In this document: positions 40,346 to 53,596 of the stretch, one piece after another
Numbering within the stretch: position 1 is the stretch's first letter
Layout: the number at the start of each line of letters is the position of its first letter
Source: Lama guanicoe
Lineage: Eukaryota
Assembly (NCBI GenBank): GCA_013239625.1
Contig: MU054391.1
Coordinates: 3,749,130 to 3,813,129 of the forward strand
Direction: 5' to 3'
Length of the DNA: 64,000 bases
The notes under the pieces: model-generated
What the model saw: only the letters and a program-made list of their open reading frames with translations
Databases searched by the model: none
Told to the model about the DNA's origin: nothing
Program-made: the position numbers and the translations under genes

Positions 40346-41339
40346 AGTGCTCATTTATTTATTGTAGATTGTGGCTTGCTCATTCACCCGTTCCGTCTCG
40401 TTCATAGTCTGTAAAATGGGTGTGAAAACTCACTCACATCAGTTCCGCGGGAGTCTCGTAATTGAGCAGCAGCGGGTTCTTAAGACACGAGGAGGGTGAT
40501 TGAAGCCTAGTCCTTCATTGCTGAGAATGATAGCTGCCTTGCGACAGCCGGTGCTCCCCGAAGCCTTATTTCTTTTCAGAAAATAGCACACAGCCTTGTG
40601 GGTAGGAGAACAGGACGGGTCCTGGCCAGCAGAGACCCGCACTGTCTCCACCCCTTCTCCTCCCGGTGCCCAGGCTTCTCCTGCAGACGAGGGATGATGG
40701 CGGGTCCTGCTTCTCGGAGCTGTCGGCTGATGAGGTGGCTCCTGAATTCGTACACCTAGCAAGTTCTCAGTAAACGTTAGTTGTGATTATTATTTCTTAG
40801 TCCTTATTTGAATTAACGTTGCTTTTTTTCCTCCTTGTAGGAAAAATAAAACCTTCCCCTAAAGGCTGACACTGTGAAAGTCTTATGACTCCGTGAGCTG
40901 ACAGGCACTTGTCCAAAACCTGAGCTCTGACAGGCAGCTGCTCGGAGGATGTTGAACCTTTGACAATGAAATTAATGCCAGATTTTAAATTTGGAAGACA
41001 CGTGTAGGAGAATAGATATACGCTGACATTTTTGGAACTCTGAGCTAGCTCAGAGAAGAAAAATACGTTTAAAATATCATTTGGAAGTTTTCTCTTAGTT
41101 TATACATTATTGAAAAGCATCCTTTAACTTGAGGTAGGCACTATGCCTTGATTGAATTCAGGCTAGAAGAGAGACCCTCTATTTATTCTGAATTACTATT
41201 ATTATGATATTTAAGTTTATTTATTAAACTCTCTGTCATCTTTAGACAGGATTATCCATATAGTTCACAGTCAGTTTGTCTGAAGGTCACACTGGAGAAG
41301 TCCTGTTTGCCTCTGGGCCTGGCCGGTCTCCCCAGCCTG

Positions 41340-42560
41340 CGGCCCAGCCCGCCTCGTTAGGTAACCATTGTAATTAGGGTTGGGGTATTCATCCAGTGGT
41401 TCTTTGTGCAAATACAAACAAGCATAAATGTACACAAAGTTTACCCAACATTTACTGTATAATATGCACGTTCTCTTCTGGGCTTTTTTAATTAACTACA
41501 TTGCGCAGATCCTCCACTTTAACACATGGAATATTTCTCCTCCTTTCTTCAGCAGCCTCGTATTCCACTCCGTGGTTAATTTCCTCGTGTATTTAACCCG
41601 TCCCCTACTTGGATCGTTTTTAATCTTTTGATATTTCAAACAAGACCGCAGTGACAAGCTTCACACACCGATCACATGCCCCAGAAGTGGGGTTTCTGGA
41701 TCATCGGGTAAATGTAGGTAAAATATTGGTAGATTTTGATAAAAAACCCTTTTCATGTGTTGTGTCATCTTGAACTCCAGCCTTTCGGGCAGGAGAGCGA
41801 TTATTGACCGAGAGCCATGTGGACAGAGTCTTTGGCCCAGCGTTTGAGTGTCTGCCTGGGGAGAGGTGAGGAGTGGCATCTTGTGTGGGGAATTCTCTTG
41901 TCTCTTGAGTGTGTCCCACCTGAGGAGAGCTGGTCTTTCTTTGTGAACTGTCTCTTGTTCTTTGATCATTTTTTTTTATTAAACTGTTGCTCCTTTATTT
42001 CTTAATTTCTAAAACTGTATGAAGGAGATTAACTGTTTGGGATACATTCTGCGAGCTTTTTTTTTTTAATTTTGTTATTTATTTTGACTTGCTTTGCGGA
42101 AGTTTTTGCACCTTACACGTATGAAGGAACATTGCAGGAAGAAACGTAACGGCTCCTCATTCTAGCCAAACAACGATTTTACTTGTGTGAGTGTGTGTCC
42201 TGCCTTTGTTTGTAGAGATTCACACAGTGAACATATGGTTTTTATGTTCACTTTCCACCCAAGAAATTATACCATAAAATCATTGTGTCATTGTGTACAA
42301 TTGCAGAATATACCCTTCTGTGGCCCCCACTTTTCCATTCTGCTTTTACTGGTTTGATATTTCTTTTTTAAAAAAAGTTACATTTATGCACTGAAAACCT
42401 TTTTAATATTGTGGGAAATGCTGTGAAGAGCATTTTCACGCCCTCAATTTTTTTTTCTTATGGATGAATACCCAGAATTGGGGTGACTTGATCAAAGGAT
42501 TTGAACATTTTGAGGGTCCTTGCTAAATACTGCCGGCTGCCTCTCTGTAGTGTTCTGTCA
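41340..42560 (-). mobile_element. Very old L1 (L1ME-like) fragments
   Basis: Degenerate antisense L1 3' motifs (ggtaaccattgtaattag; cccagaagtggggtttctggatcatcgggtaa; tacccagaattggggtgacttgatcaaagg). Confidence 0.55.
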
Positions 42561-45509
42561 TTGTTCATTACCATTAGCCAGGCTTGGTTATTCCTGGCTC
42601 CAGGACTCTAACCAAATTATTATAATTCAGAAAAAGTGCAGTTGATTTTATGGATGGAGAATGAGCCCTGTCATTTGGGTGCAATGAGCCTTGGAGATGT
42701 GACAGGATCAGAGTGAGTCCAGTGTCCTGCAGCCAGTGTCCTGGTTCCTGGGAGGAGAATGCTGGCACGTTTGTCCACGAGCTCACACCAAAGCACAGGT
42801 GACTGGACATGGTTCTTTGGGCAATTTTCACATACGTTTAATTTGGCCAAAATAAGCGATTTTCTTTCACTACAGAGAAAAGCACGTCTAGTTGCTAATT
42901 TGATAGTGATGGAGACGTCCGCTTGGCCAACATTTACTTTCCACCCACAGCACGTGCGCCCAGGTTGCCGATGCCCCTGTGACGTGGACGTGAGACTCTC
43001 CCTGCTCCTGGGAAGCTTCTAGCTTAGCAGAGCAGGGTCACCCTGGCTTTTCCCCAGGCGTGAGTTCAGAGGGTCAGATCGTGCTGACCCATTTTTATGG
43101 GGCACCTCCTCCATGCCAGGGCCTTTGGACCCAAGAGTGAGCAAAGCCAATGAAAATCAGTTTCCTGGGGGAGAGTGTGTTTTGAAAAGGGCAGCAGAGA
43201 GTAAACAAGGTAAGTTCAGCTGTAGACAGTGAGGAGTGCTGGCGAGGAGAGAGGACGAAGGGTGTGTGCACATGGGGCTGGAGGGGTTTGCATTTAACCT
43301 GCTCCACTGGGGAGTGGTGGGAAGTTTGTAAGTGGGAGAGATCGGATGAAGTAGAGTCTTGCAGACACGAGGTTGGCTGGGGAACCAGAGAAGAATCTCC
43401 CCAGACCCCCCGACCATCATCTGTGCACGGGGGTCAGCAGACCCGGAGAGGAGACCTGGGCGCCGGGGTACGAGGCGGCCGGTGGTCGCCCACAGCCCCG
43501 GAGCGCGTGGGCTTGCTCTCTGGAATGTCAGGACACTGGTGGACGGCCCTGGAGGAGAACCTGTGGAAAGGGAGAGCAGAGGCTGGACGTGGCTCTGTTC
43601 TGTTTGGCGCTGTGATTCTGTGCTAACGATTCTCATGTGACCAGAGTTTTACATCCTTGAGAGAACGGAGTCCCATTAAACTCATTATCACGTCAACAAC
43701 TTGGTCCTTCCCCAGAGCAGACCTCCGAGACTGCTCCACGTCTGTTCTCCGTGAAGGAAGGCCCCCGCCCAGGGGCGCCGGGCGCTGGTCCTAGGCGTCC
43801 CGCCAGCCTGCCACCCTGCCACCCTGGGCTGGAAGCGAATACGCTTCCTAGACTTGCGTTATCATGGGAGTTCCCAGTGGGAACGCGCCCCGCCTTGGTT
43901 GCTGGTGTTTCCTCGGGAATAATTTTTGAGTTCGGTTCTGTTTCCCCGCAGGAAAGGTTGCGTCAGTGTCTCTGATTCCACCCAGTTCCCCACCGGGTGG
44001 GCCTCCAACAAAGCCTCCTGCGCAGGAGCCAGAGGGTCGGGCTCTGCGGTCAGAGCCCCGGGGCTTTCCTTCTCTCTCTGAATCTGCTCTAAACTAAAGC
44101 TGTTTCTGCCCCTGGGGGGATCGTCGCTGCCATGTCAGAGCTGATTTTGAGTAAGTTTCGTGGGTTTTATATCTAAGAGAACCTCCAGTGTTGTCTAGTT
44201 AAAGACTCTCCAGGGTGGGGACGGGTGAGGTACTGGGATGAGGGGGGGCAAAAAGGAGTCTGCGGCATCGCCACGATCCTCTTCTCTGTCGTGGTTTGGG
44301 TTTCTCTCTCTCCGTCCAGTAGGCTCGCCTGCACTGGGGGTCTCCTCAGCCAGGGTCAGAAAAGAGAGACTGGAGCGGCGTGGTGGTCTCTGCGTCCCCA
44401 CTGGGGTAGGAGGTCTAGACGAGTGGGCAGGGCTGAGGCTGGGGCTTGGGCGTGTGGGCTCAGGACTGCGTGCGATCGCTGGTGGACCTTTCCTGACCTC
44501 CGCGTCTCGGTCACACTCCCGCACCCATGGTCCTCAGCCCTGTCACACCAGGGCACCCTGACGACCCAGCCTTCCCCACGGAGAGGTTAGGAGGCACAGC
44601 AGGACGATGGGTTTTCTTTCTGAGCCCCAGAAAGCACAACCTCTAGCATCGGGCCTTGGGGAGACCAGAGCTTTTTTGTTGATATTATGATTCATCTTCT
44701 CACTGGGGAGGCTGAGTGCTGGATTTCAGCCTCTTAGCCAACTAAATGGACCGTCTTTACTATCATTAGGTCAAGTGCCTTATTTCATAAAGGGGGACTC
44801 TCAGTGATGAAAAGATATTTTTAGGTGCAAAGCATGGCCCCTTCAACATTCTTCACTTAAAGCATCAGTTTGTTTTATTCTTCCTCATTGGGTGCCCTCG
44901 AGTAGTCCAGAGGTGTAACAGCCAGATGGGGAGTTGTGCTTTTGTGTGCAGTGGACGGGGTACGGGGCCGTGAGCGGGGCTCTTGTGAAGGAAGGGGCCT
45001 CTCTGAGCCCCAGGGAGGCCTCCGCCCGCCCCACCAGCCATCTGAGCAGTGGGCACGGTGAGAGGGTCCAGTTGCTGGACCTGAGGATCGTGGGAACATT
45101 GACGCAGGAAGAGAACGTGACTGGGAAGTCGGCAGACTGGGTGCGAATCTGTGATTTGCCATTTGTTACCTTGAGACTTTGGGCAACTGGTTTACCTTCT
45201 TCAGCCTCCGTTCTTAGTCTATGCAGTGAAGACAACTGAGCTGACTTCCCGTCTCTGCAGTGTTGATCGATCCGCTGCACAGCAGAGGGGGCTTTGGGGA
45301 GACATCGCAGCTGATCGCAAGGGTCTCCCGAGATGCCCGCCAGCGTTACTTCATCAGAAAACAGGTGTACCCTCTTCGTCCCGGTGAGACAGGCAGTGCC
45401 CCGTGGAGGCGACGTTTTTTCTACCTCGTTAACTGGGTAGTAAAGGAAAGAACAAAAGATGGCCATGTTTAATTTGAGTCTTTTTTAAAATGTTGGTTGG
45501 TAACACTGA

Positions 45510-45720
45510 CTCTTACGGAACTTACTTTCTTGAGGGGGAGAAAACAGTAAGTAAATAAAGACGCGCTTGTAGCGTATGTCGGGGAGCCTGGGGGGAGCAT
45601 AAAGAGGGCAGGGGGCTGGGCGTGGAGGGGTGGGTGCAGGCAGTTTTATACAGGTGATCTGATGACTGAAAGAAGGTGGGAGATGGGTGAACCATGGGCA
45701 ACCGTGCTTTGGGGACATTA
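45510..45720 (-). mobile_element. L2 fragment
   Basis: aaacagtaagtaaataaa...gcagttttatacaggtgatc...gaaagaaggtgggagatgggtgaaccatg resembles the antisense L2 3' region. Confidence 0.5.
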
Positions 45721-46461
45721 AGACTAGTGACCTTCTTGTCACAACCATCATCCCGATGGAGTGACACGGGGTTCTTTAGGCTCCGTACAAGCTTTCGTTT
45801 TCTAAACACGGGGGTGGGGATCCTTTAGTAATTCTTAGACCATTATCACATTGAGAATATAGTTGAGCCCCGGTGGAGTAGAATGACAAGGCTTCTGCCT
45901 GACTCGTGGCGCGGGGGTTCTCATCTGTGGGTGATTAAAAGTGAGCTCTGATTATAGCCTGGGGTAGAAATGCACGTGTGGAGCTAGCATAGGGAAGATG
46001 TTTATCGGAGAAGTGTTACCGTGTCCACGGCAGGACGCGGACCACTCCTGTTCTTCGGATGGGACTTGCGCGTCCCATGCCTGTGCAGGCAGACGTCAGA
46101 GGTTACTGCTTCCAGGTCTAAAGACGTGGAGGCTGGGTGTGGCTCAGACGAGCCGATTGCCCTTCCCACATGTCTGGTCCCCGTGTGAACTGCTGACATT
46201 GCAGGCTCCAGGTGGAAGGGAGTTTGAAGGCCTTGATTCGCTTTCCCACAAGAAGTGTCCGGGATGCTGAATGTGTGCCCTGGACCTTCTGACTGGCCCC
46301 ATGCTGTGGTCTTTCTAGAACAAATTCTCAAAAGCCTGAGGGTCTCGATGAGCTGGACGCCAAGGACAGGGCCCTCAGAGCTGTCATGTCCAGGCAGCAT
46401 CCAGCCTCCGGCCCTCACACATCACTGTCATGTGTGGTGGGAGAGAAGGCTCAAACCTCTA

Positions 46462-46464
<3 letters not shown>

Positions 46465-46508
<44 letters not shown>
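46465..46508. repeat. (CT)22 microsatellite
   Basis: Perfect CT run read directly. Confidence 0.95.
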
Positions 46509-46512
<4 letters not shown>

Positions 46513-47914
46513 TCAAATCTCGGGAGATTTGGGAGGGCTGCTTGAGGTGAGGCATACTTTAAGTGACGCTTCCAGGATGCGGGGTGTCAGACCCTGGCCT
46601 TGGTCCTGACCTCGAACCCGCTCTCCCGGTTGACTTCTTGCAGGAATTTCCTGACTGTTTCTGAGCCTCATCCAGGAATCCTAGCTGGCTCCACACATAG
46701 AATCAAGGGTGCTGACCTGAAATCAGGGGCTAGCAGACTTCCTTGTGCAGGGCGATGTGGGTGGCACCTCTGACTGTCAGCTCTTGTGATCGGTGTCTGG
46801 AACAGCTGTTAGATCACTACAGAAACCTGACGCCGGCTGGCCAGCTACCGGTCCTGAGTAGGCGGAGGATCAGGTGTGTAAATGCAGGAGAGGAATGGGA
46901 GGGACTCTCGGGGTGGCGCTGCGGCGAGTTCTTGGAAAGGAAGGGCGGTGAGTGTTCAGATGATTTAATGGACAGAGCAGGGCTCGTGGCCACAGGCGTG
47001 CCTGGGCTTGAAATGGATCTGTGGCGGAGGGTTCCGTGCTGGAAAGCACGGTTTATCCTCTAGCTCGTTCTCTCTGAACTGCATCTCCCACCTCCCCAAA
47101 ACCCCTCTCAGCTGCTGCAGCGACAAGAGCCAGGCCTCTCGTTAAGACCTGGGTGACACCCTTCCAGGTGGGTGGGAGGAGGGAGGGTTCAGAAGCCTGG
47201 GGGATCCTGGGAGCCAGCCGAGGCCGCTGGTCCAGGGAGGTCCAGGACAGGCCCTGAGGGTCTCACAGTGGGTGGGCAGCAGTGCAGACAGGGGAGCCCT
47301 GGTTTCTGGACTCTTCACAGAGGCCTGTGTCCGCCCCACTGCATGCTCCCCACTCCACTGCGTCATGTTCTGTTAATTCCAGAGCCTGACGAGCCCCACA
47401 CCCAGGAATTTCCCAGGCTCCTTGTCTTGGCAGCATGGCCTCTGTTTGTCTCCCAGGAGGAAAGAGCCGCGTGTCTCTCCTGCCCCCGTCTGAGCTGGCC
47501 AGGGCGCGCTCCCAGCAACCGGGACTGACGAGAGAGCTGGAGGATGCAGATGACACGTGTGCCCACAGACGGCTCCTGGCTTGGCAGAGTGTGATCCGGG
47601 TCCTTCAGCACAGGGAGCTGGGGGCCCCACGGCTATTCACGCTCTATCGTAGACGGCATATCCTGTTGCTCTTGTGTTGTATCCTTACCTGAAAAAGAAA
47701 AAAAAAAAAGTGGACGCAGTGACTAGCTGTGTCATGACAAAGTCTGGCAATAGTACATTTAGGTGGTTCATGATCAAGCAGAAGGCAGTGGTGGTGAGGT
47801 TTGGGGGAGTCGCTGTGGGGCCTCTTAGCAAACCCCTAGACAGCTGGGAGCAAGGAAACCATCTCTAAAAGGACAAACAGCCTGAAGACCCCCCTCAGCC
47901 TTAAGACATAACGA

Positions 47915-48552
47915 CTTTTTAGTCAGTTTACGATGTTGTGTCAATTTCTGATGTACAACTTCATGTTTCATCCACACAGATACATGCATGTATTTGTTTT
48001 CATGTTCTTTTTCATTCTAGGTCACTACAAGGTATTGAACAGAGCTCCCTGTGCAACACGGAAGAAACTTGTTGTTTATCTAGTTTATGTATAGTAGTTA
48101 GTATCTGCAAATCTCAAACTCTCAATTTATCCCTTCCTACTCCCTTACCCCCCTGGTATCTGTGAGTCTGTTTCTATTCTGTAACCAAGTTCATTTGTTT
48201 TTATTTTATTTTTTTTTAGATTCCACGTATAAGTGATATCATATGATGTTTTTCTTTCCCATTCTGACTTATTTCACTTAGTATGACAATCTCCAGGTCC
48301 ACCCATGTGCTGCAAATGGCAGTCTTTCTTTCTTTCTTTTTTATGGCTGAGTAATATTCCATTGTATAAATATACCACATCTCCTTTATCCAGTCCTCTG
48401 TTGATGGACATTTAGGTTGCTTCCACGTCTTGGCTATTGTAAATAGTGCTGCTGTGAACATTGGGGTGCATGTGTCTTTTTGAATTAGAGTTCCCTCTGA
48501 ATATATGCCCAAGAGTGGGATGGCTGGTTCATACAGTAAGTCTTATTTTTAG
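47915..48552 (-). mobile_element. L1 3' fragment, antisense
   Basis: ORF 48216-48512(-) is L1 ORF2p C-terminus (DTCTPMFTAALFTIAKTWKQPKCPST..WIKEMWYIYTMEYYSAIKK). Confidence 0.9.
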
Positions 48553-49454
48553 CAAAACATAATGAATTTAAGATTGATTTTTAAAGCAGTCGCTCCCTGG
48601 CAGCTGGGGTGTGATGTTCAGGTTGGAGTAACAGTCCCTCTGTGTCCTGCTCTGCATTTCATCCCTGGATGTTGGTCAGAGAGCCAGGCTTGTCTGGGCT
48701 GTCTGGGGGAAGCAGCCTGTGATGTGGAAGCTGCGGGGACATTTTAGGCTCGCCTGCACAGTATTTTATCAGTCTTCGAAAGGAAGGAGTGAGCTTGCTC
48801 TCTGCCATGAACGCCCCTTGTTTCCTAAGCCAAGCTGCCTGTGAGGGAAGCAACTCCCAGCAGCAAGTCCACGAGCCACAAGCCCGCCCAGGCCGGGGAG
48901 GAAGTGTCTCAAGGCCGTAGCACCGGCTGACCTTGGACGTTCCTCCAAGGTCATTTTCAGCAGAATCTCTGTATTGTGTGTGGGGGTCACATCCCGGACA
49001 GCGGTGGGGGTGCCAGGTCCTGTTGCAGGAAGTCTCACTCTGTTGGCCTCGCAGCAGCCCAGACTTTTTTCTGGCCAGAGAAGTGCAGACTCAGAGCACT
49101 GGGAGGGGCAGAGGGAGTGGGGTGGGTTTGCTCTGTGGAGGGAACCAATACCGTCCACCCTTCTTGGAGTGTGGCTGTGTTCATTAGCATATGAAAACCC
49201 TTGCGGAGTTTGATGGTTAAAAAAAATAAACGCACAAACCTGCTCAACTATGTTTAATCCAGTACTCCTCAGATTTTAGTATCACATTTAATAATAGTAC
49301 TATTTAGGGAAAGCCTGGGCTTAAAACAGATGAAAATCTTAAAATCTTAGACTCTTGAAAGATTCCAGTTGACTCTGCATTTCAACAGGCTTATTTGGGT
49401 TTACATGAAAACAGTACATTTTTTCAAATAAATTTTTTATTTTAGAGCAGTTTA

Positions 49455-49589
49455 TTTTATTTTTTGGGGGGGTGGTTAGTAATTAGGTTTATTTATCTAT
49501 TTATTTTTAACAGAGGTGCTGGGGTTTGAACCCAGGACCTCGTGTATGCTTGGCACACACTCTACCACTGAGCTGTACCCTCCCCTCTA
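49455..49589 (-). mobile_element. tRNA-Ala-derived camelid SINE (Vic-1 type)
   Basis: Antisense head gaggtgctggggtttgaacccaggacctcgtg...ctctaccactgagctgtaccctcccc. Flanking repeat agagcagttta / agggcagttta (49444, 49590). Confidence 0.87.
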
Positions 49590-49804
49590 AGGGCAGTTTA
49601 CATTTAGATTTACAGATTTGGTTTTCAGTTGAGATATAGGTTAGCAGATTTGGATGGAGATTTAGAAAACTCAGAAAGAAGCAGAAAGATGCAAAAAGTC
49701 TAGGGCGTTACCATGCAGACGAGTTTCAGGTTCAGGGCAAAGCTGAGGGGGAGGTGCAGAGCTCCCCCCAACAGCAGCATCGCCCTCACTTGGAGCCGTA
49801 GTTC

Positions 49805-50150
49805 GCTGCATTGCCGGGTGGCCATAACGACATGCCACAGGCTGGGCACTGAAGCACAGAACTTTATTTTCCCACAATTCTAGAGGCCAGAAGCCCGAGA
49901 TCAGGGTGCCCGCAGGGTTGGGTTCTCCTCAGGCTCCGGTAAGGACTGTCATTGTGGCTGATAGGTGACTGTCTTCTACCCTAATCCTCCCGTGTAGCAG
50001 AGAGACACTGAGATCTTCCTCTTTTATAAGGTCACAGCCCCACCCCTAGGACCTCATCTGACCTTAATCGCCTCGCCAGGACATGCAGTTACCTCGAGGG
50101 TGGGCTGTAACGTGTGGACTTCGGAGGGGCACACAGTGCGGTCCGCGCCA
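49805..50150 (-). mobile_element. MaLR LTR (MLT1-like)
   Basis: ggccataac..atgccacaggctggg...actttattttcccacaattctagaggccagaagcccgagatcagggtg; cttttataagg; gacctcatctgaccttaat. Confidence 0.8.
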
Positions 50151-50154
50151 TCTG

Positions 50155-50620
50155 CCCTGGGGTTCGCTCTTGGTGCTGTACATTCTGTGGTTTTGGCAAA
50201 CGTCTGATGTCACGCCTCCACCGTGACAACCTCACGCTGATGGGTTTCTCTGACCTAAAGTCTCCCCTGTGCTAGGCCTGTCTATCTTTTTTTCCCCGTC
50301 CGGCGACCACTGATCTTCTTACTGTCTCCCTAAATTTGCCTTTTCCAGAATGTCACAGAGGTTTAATCCCACAGTCTGGCTGCTTGCAGATTGGCTTCTT
50401 GCACTTGGTAACACGTGCTGAAGATTCCTCTGTGTCTCTTCGTGGCTTGATAGCTCATTTCTTTGTAGCCCTGAAAGGTACTCTGTGGTCTGCATGTAAC
50501 ACGGGTTATTTTTCCATTTCCTTGTTGAAGGACGTCTCGGCTGCTGCTGTGTTCTGGCGATCATGAATAACGCTGCCATGCGCACCCACGTGCAGGGGTC
50601 ACATTGGTGGGTGAACACCT
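50155..50620 (-). mobile_element. Old L1 (L1MB/MC-like) 3' fragment
   Basis: ggcgaccactgatcttcttactgtctcc..tttgccttttccagaatgtca. Translation MAALFMIARTQQQPRRPS resembles the ORF2 end. Confidence 0.75.
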
Positions 50621-52164
50621 GGGAGTCTAGCTGCTGAAAGCAGTTGTTTTTACCACTGAGCTGCAGGCATCGCCTCCTCTGGGGGAGGCAGCAGAGACTC
50701 CAAGAAAGGGGTGAGAGTTGAGTTTTGGAGAAACTGGGACGATGCTGGGAGTGGCGGGTCGGGAGGGTTTGGAGAAGAGGGGAGCAAGGGGAGGGGGCTG
50801 GGCTGGGGAGGGCCCACGGGCATGCCCTGGCCCTTTTGGGACAGCAGGGGCTTGTTGGGGGAAGTCCTGAGAGTGGAAGGGGGCGGTGACTGGCTGACAC
50901 CTGGCTGGGTTTCCCTTCCCTGCTTCGCTCTGAAGGGGTGAAGGTGGCGAATAGGGACCTGCAGGAGGCACAGCCCTAGGGCCCAGGGGTGGGATGGTTC
51001 TGCCTAGACAACCGCATCTCACCCTTAAGAATATCTCCCTCAGTGGACTCCTTTCCCTTCCAGCTCTTTCTCATCCTTGTAAACCTCTTTCATCACAGTT
51101 CCCCCTCTTTGCATAACCCGGTCGTGCTTAAAAAGTAACTTGCCTTGTAAACATTTTGAGTTGCCTAGATTGAATAATACTTATCATTGACCAGATGTTC
51201 TTAAAATAGTTTGCTGTTTCATTCGACTTGACATTCACGTTAGGAAAACAAAGACAGTTTTTTCCCTCTTATTGTGCATTGTGATTCTCATAGCAAATTC
51301 CTATTTCAAGTTTGCAGCTGCTCAGTGTTTGCAAAATCATAACCGGCCCATCCTGTGAGTAGGGAAGGTCGTGGTGGGCTTAGACAATGTGCACTGTGTA
51401 AAGTATCTCCTATTGTTTTTACCGCTGAATCCTGACTGTGAGCACACCTCCGAGAATGTCTGCTCTGCAGAGGAAGAGTACTGACAAATGCCAGGAAGTC
51501 GTGTCTGACCTGCTTCGAGGCTCGCTCACGGGGCTGGGAGGTGAGGGGCCGAGGCTGACCTGTGCCCAGGCCAGCGGGAAGCAGCGCTGTCTCGAAGTCA
51601 AATGGAAATCACGGTTCAGGAAGAAAGGAAGCAAGAGGTCAGGCCCTGCAGGCTGAGCCGAGGGTCATGCCTTTGGAGAGGCTGTAAACAGGAAAGGGAG
51701 CCAAGCTTAGAAGCTGGAGGAGGGAGGATTGCCTGGGGTCCAGGTGAGAGGCAGAAAGTGGCTGAGGGGGCAGAAGAGCGAGGGGTGATGTCCCCTGCCC
51801 GGAGCTGACAGTGAGGGCAGGGCTCAGGCTTCAAGGACTGTGTTGAAGGGGCAAGCCCAGACTTCTGCCACTCTGCAGCACGTCTGGGGTGATGCCCAGC
51901 CTCTGAGCGCACTGCCCAGCGGATGATGAAGCGGGAGGCCTCTGAGGTTTTGGTGTTTGCTTCTTCCAAAGATAACGGCCGTCGGCGCGCATTTCCTAGG
52001 AGACTGAATCCATCACGTCGTCTCTGGGCTCAGCAACTTTTCACCTGTCTTTTCCCCCTCTCTTTCTTCCCTCTCTATGTGGGTTAATGTCCAGGTTCTT
52101 AAACCCGACGTATTATAACGACCTCTACTTACCAAGCAACTAGTATGGCCCGGTGATTTTAAAT

Positions 52165-52335
52165 ATGTTATTTCTCACTCATATTTCACAAGGGCCCATG
52201 GGAGGCCATGGTGCCTAAGTTTTACAGCGGAAAATACTCAAGTTCATAGAGGCTGAGTAATTTCTCCAGCATCACACGGCCAAGAGGGAGAACGGGAGTT
52301 TGAACTCAGGTCTGCTGGTGACAGAACGTGGCCTC
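52165..52335 (-). mobile_element. MIR SINE
   Basis: ttttacagcggaaaatactcaagttcatagaggctgagtaatttctccagcatcacac...tttgaactcaggtctg. Confidence 0.7.
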
Positions 52336-53596
52336 TGCTGCTCGGTGCCCCGCGGCGTCTGGAGCACAGGCTTTCCGGGCAGTGCTCGCGGCCGCTGGTC
52401 CCAGCTCTCCAGGTCGGAGAGGTCAGTCGAGCAGCCTCTGCCCACCTGGGGCCGTTTCCAACCTTAAGCGATTTCTCAATGCTTCCAGTAAAGGTTTGTG
52501 ATCCCTGTGAGGCCTAGCTACCATTCTTAATCAAAACACAGTCAGCACCCTGTACTGTGAGCTTGAAGAGCTATTAAGGATTAAAACAGAAAAAGGTACA
52601 GAGAAATATAAAGGAAAAAAGTCTTGGCCCGTGAGCCCAGGATCCAGAAAACCCTGCAGAGATTTAGAATAATAATAATAAAGGTGAATTCATGGTGCAG
52701 GGAGGTGTTCCAAATGAAAATGGACTCAGGGAGGTGAGAAGTGTCGATTCCACTGCACCCCAGATCGTCGAGTGACCCCCTGAATCACTGAAGTGTTCTG
52801 GTCCCTTTGGCTTCAGGTCAGTTTATGGTGCTTGTTTAAATTGTCTGGAAGGCTCCGACCGATCCAAAAATTGCTTGAATTTGTGTCAGTTGTTTTCTAA
52901 CAGCAGAAAGTGCACTTGCTTTAGGCTAAGTTGCTCAGTCATTAACTGGCCGGGGAGGGGGCTGGATTCACCCCCCAGCCCCAGCCCCAGCCCCGAACGC
53001 AGCTTCCCCTTCCTTCACCCCAGTGTCAATTCCAGCTGAAATTCAATAACTCCCTCCCTGGCGTGAGCTCTGATAGGTCCGGTTCTCCCCCTCACACCAC
53101 TCACATGCCCAGGTCACATGTCATCCTGTCTTCCCTCCTCTGTGTGTTCTCAGAATCACCGCACAGTCTCTTCCTGAGTGGCAGGTACTCTCCCCGCCCC
53201 CAGTTTGATCTGATCAGTAACTGTTTTAACAGAAGCTTCTCTTGCTGGGTTGCTGAGGTTCCCGAGCTGGGTGCGCGGTGGGTGGGAGGCGTCTTCCACG
53301 TCCCCATCACAGGGGTGGAGGGAAGGATGTAGACGGTGGATTACTGGCCATTCTGAGTGTGAACATGAATATTACCATCCGTGTGGGAAAGGCATCACCC
53401 ACAGACCCAGGTCGGAGACCTCTGGCCAGAACTTCTCAGGGGATCCAGATGAGGACCGTAAGACCCCGGCCCCTCGGGGGTCACTTGGCCTCCCCCAGGG
53501 CCCCAGTTTCAGCCGGAGGTGATCCCCGCCGGGGTGGTGGTGGAGGCCACGAGGGGGCTGACGGCCTGTGCTGCTCTCGTTTCAGACTGCTCTGCC

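Larger units (their letters stand above)
35456..40856. repeat. Near-identical 2.7 kb direct tandem duplication (35456-38147 and 38149-40856)
   Basis: Identical ORF translations at offset 2690 (35749/38439) and offset 2709 after the TA repeat (37730/40439). Junction reads aaaaccttc-a-ccacttcgc. Confidence 0.95.

Noticed and set aside
51278..51300. Possible SOX-OCT composite (cattgtgattctcatagcaaat)
   Set aside because: The octamer half does not match ATGCAAAT at the required spacing.
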